Shown here piece after piece: positions 47,976 to 59,632 of a stretch of DNA of 64,000 bases. Source of the stretch: Bacilli bacterium (GTDB taxonomy: Bacteria > Bacillota_I > Bacilli_A > RFN20 > CAG-826); assembly GCA_024399115.1 (NCBI GenBank), contig JAKSHZ010000004.1, forward strand, positions 52 through 64,051, read 5' to 3'. Both the position numbers and the translations under genes were made by a program. Each line of letters begins with the position of its first letter. The stretch's first letter is position 1. The notes below the pieces were generated by a model. That model did not search any database, was not told where the DNA came from, and worked only from the letters and a program-made list of their open reading frames with translations.

Positions 47976-49860
47976 CTAATCTTTTCCTTACATTCATGAT
48001 TAAAATCGCTATGTCTGCGGGGTTAACCCCAGAAATACGTGATGCTTGTCCAATTGTTAAAGGCCTAACTTTATCCATTTTTTGTCTAGCTTCAAGAGCT
48101 AAACCATTCATATTTAAATAGTCAAAATCACCTGGAATTCTCATCTCATCAAGTTTAGCCATATTAGCAGCTTCTTTAATTTGTTTTGTGATGTATCCTT
48201 CGTATTTTGCGATAACTTCGATTTCTTCAACAGCACTATCGTCTAACTCAATGTCTTTTAATTCGTCAATGAATTGTGCGATACCTCTATAAGTTACATT
48301 TGGTCTTTTTAATAAATTTAAAGAAAGGATTCCGCCAGCTAATGGAGAAGAACCAATCGATGTTAAATATTCATTAACATCCTTTCTCATACCTAAATGA
48401 ACAGTATTTAATACTTCTAGTGCTTTATCGATATTTGCTTTCTTTGAAACAAATCTTTGATATCTATCTTCTTTAATTAAGCCAATGTTGTGTCCGACTT
48501 CCGTAAGTCTTAAATCAGCATTGTCGTGTCTTAAAATTAAACGGAATTCTGCTCTCGATGACATTAATCTATATGGTTCTTCTGTTCCTTTAGTAACTAA
48601 GTCATCAATCATAACACCGATATATGATTGGTCTCTTCTTAAAATCAATGGGTCTTTACCTTCAATTTTCAAAGCGGCATTAATACCTGCCATAAGACCT
48701 AAAGCAGCAGCTTCTTCATAACCTGAAGTACCACAGATTTGACCGCCAATATATAAACCTGGCCACTTCTTAAGTTCTAAAGTTGCCTTATATTCATGAG
48801 TTTGAATTGCGTCATACTCAATTGCATATGCGTACTTCAAAAATACAGCATTTTCAAATCCAGGGAGAGATCTTACCATCTCTTCTTGAACCTCTACTGG
48901 CATAGAAGTTGAGAAACCTTGGATATAAATAGAATCTGTGTATCTAGATTCAGGCTCTAAGAATAATTGGTGTCTTTCTTTATCAGCGAAAGTAACAATT
49001 TTTGACTCGATTGAAGGACAGTATCTTGGGCCTACTCCAGTGATTTGACCCCCGAACATAGCGGATTCGTTTAAGTGAGCACGTATAATTTCGTGAGTTT
49101 TTGGAGTTGTGTAAATTAAGTAGCAAGGGATTTGTTCTTCGTATGGAATAAACTCTTTTGTTTCATATGAAAAAGCAAGATTCCCTTTACTTCCTGGTTG
49201 AATAGAGCCTTTGCTCCAATCAATAGAATCAGCTTTAATTCTTGGAGGAGTACCTGTCTTTAATCTAAAGATATCTACACCCATTGATTTTAAGCAAGGG
49301 GATAATCCTTTAGATGGCTTTTCGCCTTCAGGTCCTTCGTCTCTAATATCACTTCCTCTAAAAGTTTTAGATTCCATGTAAGTTCCTGTAGTTAAAATAA
49401 CTGCATCAGAAGTAATTTCTTCTCCAGTAGATAACTTAACTCCAAAAACTTTTTCTTCGTCATGTAAAATCGCAACAACTTCGGCTTCTTTGACTTCTAA
49501 ATTCTCTGTATTTAAAGCCATTGATTGAATATGTTCAGGGTATTCGAGTTTATCTTGTTGCGCTCTAAGGCATTGAACACCTGGTCCCTTACCAGTATTT
49601 AACATTTTCATTTGTAAATAATGGTGATCAGCTGCTATACCCATCATTCCGCCTAAAGCATCAATTTCTCTAACAACAATGCCTTTAGCAGAACCACCGA
49701 TCGATGGATTACATGGCATATTGCACATTTTCTTAATATTTAAAGTTACTAAAAGTGTCTTGTGTCCCATACGAGCACAAGCAAAAGCAGCTTCTAATCC
49801 TGCGTGGCCACCACCAACTACAATTACTTCATAGTCTTTCATACTAACCAACACTTCCAT
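47962..49860 (-). CDS. mnmG: tRNA uridine 5-carboxymethylaminomethyl modification enzyme MnmG (GidA)
   Basis: [19 protein letters not shown] motif, 632 aa. The start may instead be the ATG at 49842 (MKDYEV...). Confidence 0.9.
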   Translation of the reverse strand: MEVLVSMKDYEVIVVGGGHAGLEAAFACARMGHKTLLVTLNIKKMCNMPCNPSIGGSAKGIVVREIDALGGMMGIAADHHYLQMKMLNTGKGPGVQCLRAQQDKLEYPEHIQSMALNTENLEVKEAEVVAILHDEEKVFGVKLSTGEEITSDAVILTTGTYMESKTFRGSDIRDEGPEGEKPSKGLSPCLKSMGVDIFRLKTGTPPRIKADSIDWSKGSIQPGSKGNLAFSYETKEFIPYEEQIPCYLIYTTPKTHEIIRAHLNESAMFGGQITGVGPRYCPSIESKIVTFADKERHQLFLEPESRYTDSIYIQGFSTSMPVEVQEEMVRSLPGFENAVFLKYAYAIEYDAIQTHEYKATLELKKWPGLYIGGQICGTSGYEEAAALGLMAGINAALKIEGKDPLILRRDQSYIGVMIDDLVTKGTEEPYRLMSSRAEFRLILRHDNADLRLTEVGHNIGLIKEDRYQRFVSKKANIDKALEVLNTVHLGMRKDVNEYLTSIGSSPLAGGILSLNLLKRPNVTYRGIAQFIDELKDIELDDSAVEEIEVIAKYEGYITKQIKEAANMAKLDEMRIPGDFDYLNMNGLALEARQKMDKVRPLTIGQASRISGVNPADIAILIMNVRKRLDGKE

Positions 49861-51244
49861 CCATATCCATCTTGATGAGTTGATTCAACTCAACAGCATA
49901 TTCCATAGGTAATTCTTTTGAGAATGGTTCGATAAAGCCCATAATAATCATTTGAGTTGCGTCTTTTTCACTAATACCACGTGACATTAAGTAGAAAAGT
50001 TGATCTTCACTAATCTTACTTACTGTAGCTTCATGCTCAATATATGAAGAATTATTACGTACATCGTTATTTGGAATTGTATCGCTCTTTGAAATGTTAT
50101 CTAAAATTAATGTGTCACATTCAACGTGAGATTTGCAGTTTTTAGCACCATTTGCGTGTCTAACTGTGCCTCTATAGTTTGCAACACCACCGTTTTTAAC
50201 AATTGATTTAGAAATAATAGTTGATGTTGTGTTACTTGCTGTGTGAATCATTCTTGCACCAGCGTCTTGATATTGATTCTTACCTGCAACAGCAATTGAA
50301 ATACAAGTGCCTTTAGCACCTTCGCCAGCTAAAATACATGCAGGATATTTCATATTTGTTTGGCTACCGATGTTACCGTCGATCCATTCCATTGATGCAT
50401 CTTCATAACAAATTGCACGTTTAGTAACTAAGTTAACAATGTTAGTTGACCAGTTTTGAACTGTAGAATAACGGCATCTTCCACCTTTGTGAATGAAAAT
50501 TTCAACAACAGCAGCGTGTAATGATTCTTTAGAATATGTTGGAGCAGTACATCCTTCAACATAGTGAACATCAGCGCCTTCGTCGACAATGATTAAAGTT
50601 CTTTCAAATTGACCACTCTTTTCATTATTAATTCTGAAATAACTTTGAAGAGGTTTGTCCAAATGAACACCTTTAGGAACATAGATAAATGAGCCGCCTG
50701 ACCAAACAGCGCTATTTAAAGCAGAGAACTTATTATCCGCAAACGGAACAACTGTTCCGAAATACTTTTTAACTAAATCTGGATAAAGTTGAACTGCCAT
50801 ATCTGTAGACAAGAAAATGACACCTTTATCGAGTACTTCTTTAAGCATGTTATGGTAAACAACCTCAGACTCATACTGAGTTGAAACACCAGAAAGATAC
50901 TTTTGTTCAGCCTCAGGAATGCCTAATTTATCGAATGTATTTTTAATAGTTTCAGGCACTTCTTCCCAGCTTTGAACTTCTTTTTTGCTAGGTCTTGTGA
51001 AGTATGTATATGAATCAAAATCAAGGTAACTTAAATCTGGACCAAAAGAAGGTAATGGCATTCTTTCAAACGCTTTAAGAGCTTTTAATCTATATTCAAG
51101 CATCCATTCAGGTTCATTTTTCAAACGTGAAATCTCACGAACAACAGCTTCGTTAATACCTTTGTCCGTTTTTAAAATTGAGACATCCTCGTCTTTAAAA
51201 CCGTATTTGTAATCTTCTTGGAACTTAATATCTTTCTCTGACAT
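49844..51244 (-). CDS. sufB: Fe-S cluster assembly protein SufB
   Basis: 466 aa, SufB/SufD beta-helix family, last gene of the suf operon. Confidence 0.85.
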   Translation of the reverse strand: MSEKDIKFQEDYKYGFKDEDVSILKTDKGINEAVVREISRLKNEPEWMLEYRLKALKAFERMPLPSFGPDLSYLDFDSYTYFTRPSKKEVQSWEEVPETIKNTFDKLGIPEAEQKYLSGVSTQYESEVVYHNMLKEVLDKGVIFLSTDMAVQLYPDLVKKYFGTVVPFADNKFSALNSAVWSGGSFIYVPKGVHLDKPLQSYFRINNEKSGQFERTLIIVDEGADVHYVEGCTAPTYSKESLHAAVVEIFIHKGGRCRYSTVQNWSTNIVNLVTKRAICYEDASMEWIDGNIGSQTNMKYPACILAGEGAKGTCISIAVAGKNQYQDAGARMIHTASNTTSTIISKSIVKNGGVANYRGTVRHANGAKNCKSHVECDTLILDNISKSDTIPNNDVRNNSSYIEHEATVSKISEDQLFYLMSRGISEKDATQMIIMGFIEPFSKELPMEYAVELNQLIKMDMDGSVG

Positions 51245-51245
51245 A

Positions 51246-51674
51246 CTATTTGTCCTTTAAAATCTCATCAGCAGCGTTCCAACCAATTGTTGCACATCTA
51301 ATTCTTGCTGCTTGTTTAGAAGTATTAATAAAAGCAAGAGACTCTTCTAACACTGACTCATCAAACTCTTCTTCGTGAATCATGTGATGATATTGTTCAA
51401 TGATATATTTAGCTTGAGAAACTTCTTTTCCTTTTAATAAATCGCACATGATATCAGTTGATGAAGTAGAAATTGCACAAGCAACGCCATCAAAACAAGC
51501 ATCGACAACGACACCATTTTCTACAAGCAAAAATGTATCGATATCGTCAATACAGTTATCGCTATGCATATGGACTTTTTCATAACCATCTTTAGGAGGT
51601 TGATGTTTATTTATAGGATTTGAGTAATGATCCATAATGATAGCTCTCATCATTTCATTAGTTAAAGTAAGCAT
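51246..51674 (-). CDS. sufU: SufU (IscU-like zinc-dependent sulfurtransferase, Bacillus-type)
   Basis: NifU-N-like fold with conserved Cys (DNCIDD, ACAIS, RIRCA); 142 aa, sitting between sufS and sufB. Confidence 0.75.
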   Translation of the reverse strand: MLTLTNEMMRAIIMDHYSNPINKHQPPKDGYEKVHMHSDNCIDDIDTFLLVENGVVVDACFDGVACAISTSSTDIMCDLLKGKEVSQAKYIIEQYHHMIHEEEFDESVLEESLAFINTSKQAARIRCATIGWNAADEILKDK

Positions 51675-52890
51675 CTAAAATATCTCCTCCTTCATTTAAT
51701 GCATCAACAAGAGCATCGACATCTTCTTTAGTTGTGTATAAATAGAAGCTTGCTCTTACTGTAGCGTTTGTTCCAATTGCTTCATCAATCATTTTTGCAC
51801 AATGTTGACCACTTCTTACTGCAATACCCTTGTGATTTAAGAGTGTTGCTTCATCTTGTGAGAAAACATTTTTGACATTAAATGTGATAATGCCATTTCT
51901 TGAAGTTTTGTTATATATAATTACATTTTCATTGTCTTCTAACTTAGACATAGCGTAATCAAAAAGCTCTTGATCGTGTTTGTGAACGTTATCCATTCCG
52001 ATTTCTTCTAAATACTCGACTGCAGCCTTGAATCCAAGTATTCCAGATAGATTCATAGTGCCAGCTTCAAATTTAGCTGGTGGGTTAAGAGCGACACATG
52101 TTCCGTTTGTTGAGAAGCCAATATTCATTCCGCCCCCTCCAAACACTGCATCCATACTATCTAAAAGGTCGTACTTACCTACTAAAGCACCAATTCCAGT
52201 AGGGCCACACATCTTGTGAGCAGAGAACGCTAAGAAATCACAGTCTAAATCCTTAAAATCAATCTTCATATGAGGGACTGATTGAGCACCATCGACTACC
52301 ATAATTCCGCCAACTTCGTGAACTATTTTTGCAATATTTTTAACATCAACTTCATGTGCTAAAACATTGCCAACTTGGGCTACAGAACATATTTTAGTGG
52401 CACTACATACCACTTTCTTTACGTTTTCAGGTGTGATTTTATTGTTTTCATCTAGAGGAATATACTTGACCTTAGCTCCAGTCATTTGAGCCACTTTAAA
52501 CCAAGGTATAACGTTACTTGCATGCTCAGTCTCACTAATTAAAATCTCATCATCCTTCTTTAAGAATTTTAATGCGTATCCGAAAGCAACTAAATTGATT
52601 GAAGCTGTATCACCACTAGTGAAAACTACTTCGTTTTCTTCTGAATTAATAAACTTAGCAATTGCCTTTCTTGCTTCAGAGACTTTTACGTCCATATTAT
52701 AAAGAAGATCATAGTCTCCACGATGTGAATTTGCTGTAAATGTAGTGTAATATTCTGTCATTGCGTCAATTACACGTTGAGGCTTGAAAGTTGTTGAGGC
52801 ATTGTCCAAAAATACGAGGTTTTTGCCTTGCATTTTCTTTGTCCCATCAAGCATTGGGAAATCTTTACGAACTTTATAAACGTCGTACAT
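51658..52890 (-). CDS. sufS: cysteine desulfurase SufS (class V aminotransferase)
   Basis: PLP-lysine motif SAHKMCGPTG and active-site Cys region RSGQHCA; 410 aa. Confidence 0.9.
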   Translation of the reverse strand: MYDVYKVRKDFPMLDGTKKMQGKNLVFLDNASTTFKPQRVIDAMTEYYTTFTANSHRGDYDLLYNMDVKVSEARKAIAKFINSEENEVVFTSGDTASINLVAFGYALKFLKKDDEILISETEHASNVIPWFKVAQMTGAKVKYIPLDENNKITPENVKKVVCSATKICSVAQVGNVLAHEVDVKNIAKIVHEVGGIMVVDGAQSVPHMKIDFKDLDCDFLAFSAHKMCGPTGIGALVGKYDLLDSMDAVFGGGGMNIGFSTNGTCVALNPPAKFEAGTMNLSGILGFKAAVEYLEEIGMDNVHKHDQELFDYAMSKLEDNENVIIYNKTSRNGIITFNVKNVFSQDEATLLNHKGIAVRSGQHCAKMIDEAIGTNATVRASFYLYTTKEDVDALVDALNEGGDILDAYFN

Positions 52891-52891
52891 A

Positions 52892-53617
52892 TTACATTCT
52901 CCCCTCGATTAATTCCTCAATCTTTTGTTGAGTAGATTCGTCAAAACCATTCATGATTGGTTTTAAATAACCATAAGTAATTAAAACTTTAGCTTTCTCT
53001 TCAGATAAGCCACGGCTCATTAAATAGAATAAATGTTCATCGCTGATCTTTCCAACAACAGCTCCATGGCTAGCTTGAATATCATTTTCATCAATTTTTA
53101 AAATAGGCTTTGCTATTCCGATTGACTTCTCGTCGAAAACCATAATTTTTGCATTTTGCCTTGTAACAGACTTAACACAGCCATTTTTAATATAGCTAAC
53201 TCCATCAAAAATTAACTTTCCGTTTTCTTTGACAACACCATAGTTATCAACGAATGAAGTACTATTCTTTGCGTTGTGATCAACAGATATTGTGAAATTC
53301 TTGTTTGAAGTGCCAGTTGTTAATGATGCTAAGTGGAAAACAACTCCTGATCCCTCATCCAAGGAAATATTTACTTTAACGTTAGAAGAATTTTTTGCTA
53401 AATCAGCATAAAAAATTTCTAACCTACTATTCGTATTTACTTTAATATCAATATTCCCGGAAAATCCTTCTAATGAAAGTAAAGATAATTGGCTTTCAAC
53501 ATCAGAATTTACTGTAACAGAAAAGCTCTTTTCACCATCAAAATTATCGATGAAGAGTTTTTGGTTTTCTTCGACAGTAAAAGTATTCGAAATATCTTTC
53601 AAAAACAATTCCTTCAT
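52892..53617 (-). CDS. sufD: SufD-like protein, short form (241 aa)
   Basis: Position between sufC and sufS, and a C-terminal SufB/D-family region ([21 protein letters not shown]). Confidence 0.65.
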   Translation of the reverse strand: MKELFLKDISNTFTVEENQKLFIDNFDGEKSFSVTVNSDVESQLSLLSLEGFSGNIDIKVNTNSRLEIFYADLAKNSSNVKVNISLDEGSGVVFHLASLTTGTSNKNFTISVDHNAKNSTSFVDNYGVVKENGKLIFDGVSYIKNGCVKSVTRQNAKIMVFDEKSIGIAKPILKIDENDIQASHGAVVGKISDEHLFYLMSRGLSEEKAKVLITYGYLKPIMNGFDESTQQKIEELIEGRM

Positions 53618-54435
53618 TACTTGATATTTTCCTTTACAGCGCAGCTTCCGATAGAAACTGTATTCATATTCTTTTCTTCTTTTGCAATTTCGATTCCTAA
53701 TTCAGTTTTAATCCATTCATAGCCATGCATATCGATTTTAGAGATGATATCGCGTCCGCCATCAACGACAATTCTGCCGTTAATCATGACAACAGCTCTT
53801 GTTGGATTAATTAAATCATATAATCTTGCATAGTGAGAAATTGCTAAAAATCCCATGCCTTTTTCTTTTAATTTATTAATGACTTCAGCGACGATTTGTA
53901 AAGCGTCGACGTCTAATCCTGAGTCGATTTCATCTAAGAAAGCAATCTTTGGATTTAATAAAACTAATTGAAGAATTTCGTTTCTTTTCTTTTCGCCACC
54001 AGAGAATCCTTCGTTCAAACTACGAGTAGCTAAATCGAATGGCATTTTAACCTCTTTTGTCGCATTATCTAATAATTTATAGAATTGATATGTTGATATT
54101 GGTTTTTCACTATGTTCGTTAATTGCAGCTCTTAAAAAATCAGAGTTGATGACACCAGGAACTTCACTTGGATGTTGCATTCCTAAGAATAATCCAAGTT
54201 TGCTTCTCATATCTGTTGTCATTTCAAGAATATTTTGGCCATCAAAAAGAGCTTCACCCTTAGTTACTTTATATTTTGGGTGTCCCATTAAAACATTTAA
54301 TAAAGTAGATTTACCGTGACCATTAGGTCCTAAAAGTGCAACTGTTTCACCTTCGTTGACTGTTAAATTGACACCTTTAAGGATTGGTTTTCCTTCTACT
54401 TCTGCATATAAATCTTTAATAACTAATGTTGACAT
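53617..54435 (-). CDS. sufC: Fe-S cluster assembly ATPase SufC
   Basis: ABC ATPase motifs GPNGHGKST, FSGGEKKR and FLDEIDSGLD; 272 aa. Confidence 0.9.
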   Translation of the reverse strand: MSTLVIKDLYAEVEGKPILKGVNLTVNEGETVALLGPNGHGKSTLLNVLMGHPKYKVTKGEALFDGQNILEMTTDMRSKLGLFLGMQHPSEVPGVINSDFLRAAINEHSEKPISTYQFYKLLDNATKEVKMPFDLATRSLNEGFSGGEKKRNEILQLVLLNPKIAFLDEIDSGLDVDALQIVAEVINKLKEKGMGFLAISHYARLYDLINPTRAVVMINGRIVVDGGRDIISKIDMHGYEWIKTELGIEIAKEEKNMNTVSIGSCAVKENIK

Positions 54436-54548
54436 AGCGTTACCTCAAAATCCGCTAATTATCATATAAAACATGCTCGTATATCTCAAATAATACGATA
54501 ATTTTTTTAGACATTTCCGTCTTACTTTGTAAATCTAAACAATTGTTG

Positions 54549-54578
54549 TTGACTTTATTTTGAGAGAATATTTATAAT
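54549..54578 (+). promoter_or_regulatory. Promoter of the lipoprotein operon (-35 TTGACT, 18-nt spacer, -10 TATAAT)
   Basis: Plus strand reads TTGACTttattttgagagaatattTATAAT, then an AAAGGAGAG RBS. Confidence 0.55.
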
Positions 54579-54613
54579 ATTCAAGCAATTATTTCAAAAG
54601 GAGAGTAAATAAA

Positions 54614-56467
54614 ATGAAGAAAAGCAAACTAAAAATGGGTTTAGTTACTTCCTTCATCTGCGGAATGGCTTTAACAGCTTGTGGCGTCAGCGCTGACGAC
54701 AAGTACGTAGTTGAATTCAAAGACTATAGCAATTCCGAACTTGGTTTATTAACTGACAACATGTATTCCCAACAATTGGAAACATCAAGCGGTTTAAACA
54801 AGTATTATGAGAAGGTCCGTGATCTTTTAGTCCGTGCTACTTTCGAAAAAGTTACTAAAGACACTAATGGTTTAAAAGTTAGAACACCATATGAAACTTT
54901 AGTCGCTCAAGCAAAGAACAAAGTAGAAGAACAAAAAGAAAACGCTCGTAAGAACGCTAAAAACAGCGACACATCATACTCAGATGAATTAGAAGCAATT
55001 TTTAAATCAAATGATTGCGAAGACGAAGAAGGCTTATACCAACACTTCTTATTACAACTCGAAAAAGAACAATTAGATTCAGCTATCATGGACAATGATG
55101 CTCAATTAACAATCTTAAGAGATGGTAATGGAAGCGATGAAAAAGGCTGGATCAAATCCGCAAAACCTTACCATATCAAACACATGCTTGTTAAGATTGA
55201 GAACGGTGCTAGCGATTTCACAAGAGCTACAATTTCTGAAGATGAAGCAACAAAACTTTCTAAAGTTGTTACTTTATTAGCTGAAGGTAGCAAATTCGAT
55301 GACTTAGCTGCTAACAACTTATTAAACGATGACTCATCTGACAAACTCGGTGATGTTGGTATCGTTAATAACAACGCTACTACTAAATCATTAAAGATGG
55401 TCAGCGAATTCCAATTAGGTATCTACACTGCTGACGTTAAAGTAAATGGTAAAACAGGCGATGGCATTGGCTTAGACGCTAAGATCAATTTAGGTTCTGG
55501 AGAAGTTAAAGTCGAAGATGCTATTGATGTTGTTGAAGTTCCATTCGAAGCATTCAAGAAACTTGGCGAACAAGCTAAATATCCTGAAGCTACTGAAGAT
55601 GATAGTATTAAAGGCATCAACGCTTGTGTCTATCCAAGAAACGTTTTATGGAATAAATATTTCAATAACCACAACGTTTTCGTTATTACAGATGATGCTG
55701 CAAATACAGCTGCAAATAGTCCATTAACTGGTTCAACAAAAACACCTGGATTAAACGACTATGTTGAAGGCAAAAAATCTGGTTTCAATGATCACAAGCT
55801 TTGTGCAGAAGACGGAAAAGTAATCTTCGGTGTTCGTAGTGAATACGGTATCCACTTCATTAAGATTCAAAAATCTGCATACGATACTGACCTCGACACA
55901 TACTACCCAGTCGCATTAAAAGTTGGTGACACTGATGTCACAACTCAACCTGCAGGTAGCAACTACATCGTTGGTTTAGACAGCGCTAAAGATACATTTG
56001 ATACAAGATTATCTGAAATTAAGAGTGCTATTAAGAGCTACGATTCTAACTCAGAATTCAGACTCTATAACTACTTAGTTTCTTATGCAAAAACAAATAA
56101 TATTCTTAAGGCTAACGACGAAGCATCAGAAAAAATCTTTGCTAAGATCGACAAGCACGTTGCTGACTTAAAAGATTCTGAAGAACACAAGCAATCTGAA
56201 GGTTTACAATCAGTTTGGGAAAACTACTTAAGATTACTTGAGTTACAAAATTCTAAACGTGCTGCAAGCTGGACAGAAAGCTATTACTATACAAAATATG
56301 TTAATGGCAATCCAGTAACTGAATACGCTTCAAACCCACGTACAGCATTAGTTCCTGAAACAACTGCTGACAAATACTATGAATTATGCACTAAACCTGC
56401 TGGAACCGAAAAAGCAGAAGCTTTAGTCCAATTCGTCGAAGGAGGAGATTACTACTATGGCAAATAG
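54614..56467 (+). CDS. surface lipoprotein with a split parvulin-type PPIase (PrsA-like foldase) domain
   Basis: Signal peptide with lipobox LTAC. YHIKHMLVK...DF..LA and a C-terminal SEYGIHFIKIQK resemble the parvulin HILV / YGYHIIK motifs, split by a large insert. Confidence 0.45.
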   Translation: MKKSKLKMGLVTSFICGMALTACGVSADDKYVVEFKDYSNSELGLLTDNMYSQQLETSSGLNKYYEKVRDLLVRATFEKVTKDTNGLKVRTPYETLVAQAKNKVEEQKENARKNAKNSDTSYSDELEAIFKSNDCEDEEGLYQHFLLQLEKEQLDSAIMDNDAQLTILRDGNGSDEKGWIKSAKPYHIKHMLVKIENGASDFTRATISEDEATKLSKVVTLLAEGSKFDDLAANNLLNDDSSDKLGDVGIVNNNATTKSLKMVSEFQLGIYTADVKVNGKTGDGIGLDAKINLGSGEVKVEDAIDVVEVPFEAFKKLGEQAKYPEATEDDSIKGINACVYPRNVLWNKYFNNHNVFVITDDAANTAANSPLTGSTKTPGLNDYVEGKKSGFNDHKLCAEDGKVIFGVRSEYGIHFIKIQKSAYDTDLDTYYPVALKVGDTDVTTQPAGSNYIVGLDSAKDTFDTRLSEIKSAIKSYDSNSEFRLYNYLVSYAKTNNILKANDEASEKIFAKIDKHVADLKDSEEHKQSEGLQSVWENYLRLLELQNSKRAASWTESYYYTKYVNGNPVTEYASNPRTALVPETTADKYYELCTKPAGTEKAEALVQFVEGGDYYYGK

Positions 56468-58172
56468 AAAATTAGCTAAATACTTAGCAGTATCTGCTTT
56501 ACTCGCTTGTGGTTTAACAGGATGTGATGACGTCGAAGCAAAACCATCAAATCAATCAAGCGATTTAATCGCATTCGTTGATTCAGTTTATGGCAATAGC
56601 TACGAATCAATCTCAGATTCTTACCACGCAGAAATCGCTTCTAAAACTTTAGACGATATTCTCTACACATACGCAGTTAACGTTGTTGGCGCATATAACG
56701 CTAACGTCGCTGCAAATTACGCAAAGAAAGTTACAGTTGGCGGAAAAGCAATCGATGCTTCTTCAATTGTCACTATCTCTGACGTTATTGCTAACGAAAG
56801 CAAATTAGCAGAATTTGTCTCAGCTCACCCTGCATATAATGTTGGCGACGCTGCTGCTCAAAAAGCTTTAGTTAACGCAAGATACTATGCTATGAAAGCT
56901 TCTGCAGCAAAGAAAATGTTCGCAAAGATTGCAGCAGCTACAACAGACAACAAGTTTAACGAAAAAGATTTATTAGTCTCTCTCTATGACAGCACAGGCA
57001 AAGTTACTAACCCATATAAGTTAACTGCTGCTGAAGAAGCTTCATTAACAAAAGACTATATCGTTACACCTGATAAGAAAGCCGAAAATGTTTTCACAGA
57101 TGGTATCTTACATGAAGGATTCTATACACAATATATTGATGAAGAAATCATGCCTGATATCTACAGAGATGCATTAGTTCAACAATACATCTTTGAACAA
57201 CAAGAAAAGACATTAGGTTCATCATCAGCTCGTAAAATCAACTATGTCACAATCAAATACGATGACTTAGATGAATCTTTATATGCTGATAAATTAATCA
57301 AAGGCTTCGTTACAGATTACTTAATTTCTGACAATGTTAACGTTACTAACGCATTCAACCTCCTTTCATCAACATGGAACGGTGAATTCATGAACGGAAC
57401 AGAAGCTGAAATTAAAGCATCTCCAGAATGGAATCTCTTAAAATCATTAGATTTAGTTGACGCTAATGATGTCGCTGGCGATATTATCGAAGTCAAGAAC
57501 AGCAAACCATACATCAAAGGTTCTGCTTACGGTGACTTAGTTGAAGACTACGCTAAACTCGACGATAACCCATCAAAATCAACTGCTACAAGAGATTACA
57601 CTGGCGGTAACAAATACGTTAAAGAAATCGGTTTCGAAATCGAATCAGACAAGATCGCATTAAACGATCACGTTACAGATGGTTGGTTCATTAAATCAAG
57701 CAGTGAAATTTCTTCATTACCAGATAGCATCAAGAACCGTTTATTCAACCTTTCAGTTGCTACAGGTAAAAACAATGGAACTGCTGCTACAATCACAAAA
57801 ACTGTAGATGGTATTACTGTTTCTGATGGTAACAAATACATCGCTAAGAATGGTAACAACTATTTCTTAAGAAACAGTAACTTAAAAGCTAACCAAGATC
57901 CATACGAATCTATTATCTTCAACGATACAAGTGCTCACACTTATTACATCATCAACGTCGAAGAAGCAGTTTCTGCTAACTATATGACAACTGATGCTGC
58001 AAAAGCTAATTATGCTTTAAGAATTGATGTCGCATCTTTACTCTCATCAAACGACACAAATATCAATCTTTCTAAAAAGCACTGGTTAGAAAAGTGTGAT
58101 ATCACTTACCACGATCAATCTGTCTATGATTACTTCGAAAGTAACTTCCCAGAATTGTTCGCAGACGATTAA
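56457..58172 (+). CDS. surface lipoprotein (571 aa), function unknown
   Basis: Signal peptide with lipobox LLAC/LTGC; Ser/Thr/Asn/Asp-rich. Translationally coupled to the upstream lipoprotein (GGAGGAG RBS). Confidence 0.5.
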   Translation: MANRKLAKYLAVSALLACGLTGCDDVEAKPSNQSSDLIAFVDSVYGNSYESISDSYHAEIASKTLDDILYTYAVNVVGAYNANVAANYAKKVTVGGKAIDASSIVTISDVIANESKLAEFVSAHPAYNVGDAAAQKALVNARYYAMKASAAKKMFAKIAAATTDNKFNEKDLLVSLYDSTGKVTNPYKLTAAEEASLTKDYIVTPDKKAENVFTDGILHEGFYTQYIDEEIMPDIYRDALVQQYIFEQQEKTLGSSSARKINYVTIKYDDLDESLYADKLIKGFVTDYLISDNVNVTNAFNLLSSTWNGEFMNGTEAEIKASPEWNLLKSLDLVDANDVAGDIIEVKNSKPYIKGSAYGDLVEDYAKLDDNPSKSTATRDYTGGNKYVKEIGFEIESDKIALNDHVTDGWFIKSSSEISSLPDSIKNRLFNLSVATGKNNGTAATITKTVDGITVSDGNKYIAKNGNNYFLRNSNLKANQDPYESIIFNDTSAHTYYIINVEEAVSANYMTTDAAKANYALRIDVASLLSSNDTNINLSKKHWLEKCDITYHDQSVYDYFESNFPELFADD

Positions 58173-58255
58173 TTTGAAATAAAGTTAATATCAAATAAGG
58201 AAGTCCTTACGGGCTTCCTTTTATTATGTATATAATATAGGTACGAGGTACCAAC

Positions 58256-58666
58256 ATGGATAAAGATATATTCTGTAGAATCGTAGATGGAGAAATTCCT
58301 TGCTACAAATTATATGAAGACGATGATGTTTTAGCGTTTTTAGACATCTCACAGGTCACAAAAGGCCACACCCTAGTAATTCCAAAGAAACACTATGATA
58401 CATTCTTAGCGTGCCCAAAAGAACTTATGAATAAAGTTATGGATGTCGCACAAAGAATCGGACAAGTTTCAATTAAGATTTTTGGAGCTAGAGGAGTTAA
58501 CATTTTGACTAATTGCTATGAAGCAGCAGGCCAAACAGTAAAACACTTCCATGTCCACGTAATTCCTAGATATAAGGAAGAAGATGGATTCATGGTTGAG
58601 ATGAAAGAAAATGCTGAAGGATTAAATCTCCCAGCTCTTGCAGAAGAAATCAAGATCAACTTATAA
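58256..58666 (+). CDS. HIT-family (histidine triad) nucleotide hydrolase
   Basis: GHTLVIPKKH and the HFHVHVIP histidine-triad motif; 136 aa. Confidence 0.85.
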   Translation: MDKDIFCRIVDGEIPCYKLYEDDDVLAFLDISQVTKGHTLVIPKKHYDTFLACPKELMNKVMDVAQRIGQVSIKIFGARGVNILTNCYEAAGQTVKHFHVHVIPRYKEEDGFMVEMKENAEGLNLPALAEEIKINL

Positions 58667-58669
58667 ATG

Positions 58670-58706
58670 AAAAACAGCTTTCAATTTCGAAAGCTGCTTT
58701 TTTTCT
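58670..58706. terminator. Bidirectional Rho-independent terminator between hit (+) and yhaM (-)
   Basis: CAGCTTTC aatttc GAAAGCTG with a T-run downstream on each strand. Confidence 0.65.
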
Positions 58707-59632
58707 TATTTATGCTTGTAGAATGTTCTTCCGTCTAATGGATAAACCTTATTAGTGAATTCACCAACTTTAGTTTCTTCAAGGGCCTTTGCAGTAATAA
58801 CCATCTTAGAATCTAAATTATCGATGAGTGAGAGCAATAATGCCTCTGCTGTTTCAGGTAATACTGGAGAGCCATAATCAAGTTGTCCGTGGTGAGAAAG
58901 AATTGAGTGTTGTAAGAGTAATGGGATTTCACTTGTGATTCCTAATTCCTTACTAGCTTCTTCAATCTCACTAGACATAATTGAGATGTGTCCAATGAGT
59001 TTACCTTTAACTGAGTATTTATAAACGACTGGTCCTTCAAGCTCTGTCATCTTACCAAAATCATGTAAAAGAATTGATGTCATAACTAAGTCTCTATTAA
59101 CATCATAGATTGTACATAACTTATCTGCGATTTCTGCCATAGTTGTGCAGTGGACAAGTAAACCACTACTATATTCATGATGGATACTTGATGCAGCTGG
59201 GTAGTCATATAATTGACCTTTATATTTTTCTACAAAGTAATCTAAGATAGCCTTACAATCTTTATCTTTAACACTATCGACAAATCCATGGAATTTCTTA
59301 ATCAATTCTTCTTTTGGAATTGGAGGTTGTTTCAAAAACTTACTTGGATCAACTTCTTCAGAAGAAACTCCTCTGACACTCAAGACTTTGATTTGTAGAG
59401 TTTCCTTATATTTTAAAACTTCACCTTCAATATGGATGACGTTACCTTGAATTACAATTTCTTCATCTCTTGGAGAGATTTCCCATTTCTTTGCATTCAT
59501 ACTTGCAGAGCTATCTCTTAAATCCATATTGAGATATTGATTTCCTGCAGTGTTAGTTCCTTTAGAAACGTTTGATACTAAGAATTGGCCAGAAATGTGT
59601 TCACCGTCTAAATACTCACATAACATTTTCAT
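58706..59632 (-). CDS. yhaM: 3'-5' exoribonuclease YhaM (OB-fold plus HD domain)
   Basis: N-terminal OB-fold region and HD-domain motifs (LLHDFGK, HH), 308 aa, collinear with B. subtilis YhaM. Confidence 0.7.
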   Translation of the reverse strand: MKMLCEYLDGEHISGQFLVSNVSKGTNTAGNQYLNMDLRDSSASMNAKKWEISPRDEEIVIQGNVIHIEGEVLKYKETLQIKVLSVRGVSSEEVDPSKFLKQPPIPKEELIKKFHGFVDSVKDKDCKAILDYFVEKYKGQLYDYPAASSIHHEYSSGLLVHCTTMAEIADKLCTIYDVNRDLVMTSILLHDFGKMTELEGPVVYKYSVKGKLIGHISIMSSEIEEASKELGITSEIPLLLQHSILSHHGQLDYGSPVLPETAEALLLSLIDNLDSKMVITAKALEETKVGEFTNKVYPLDGRTFYKHK

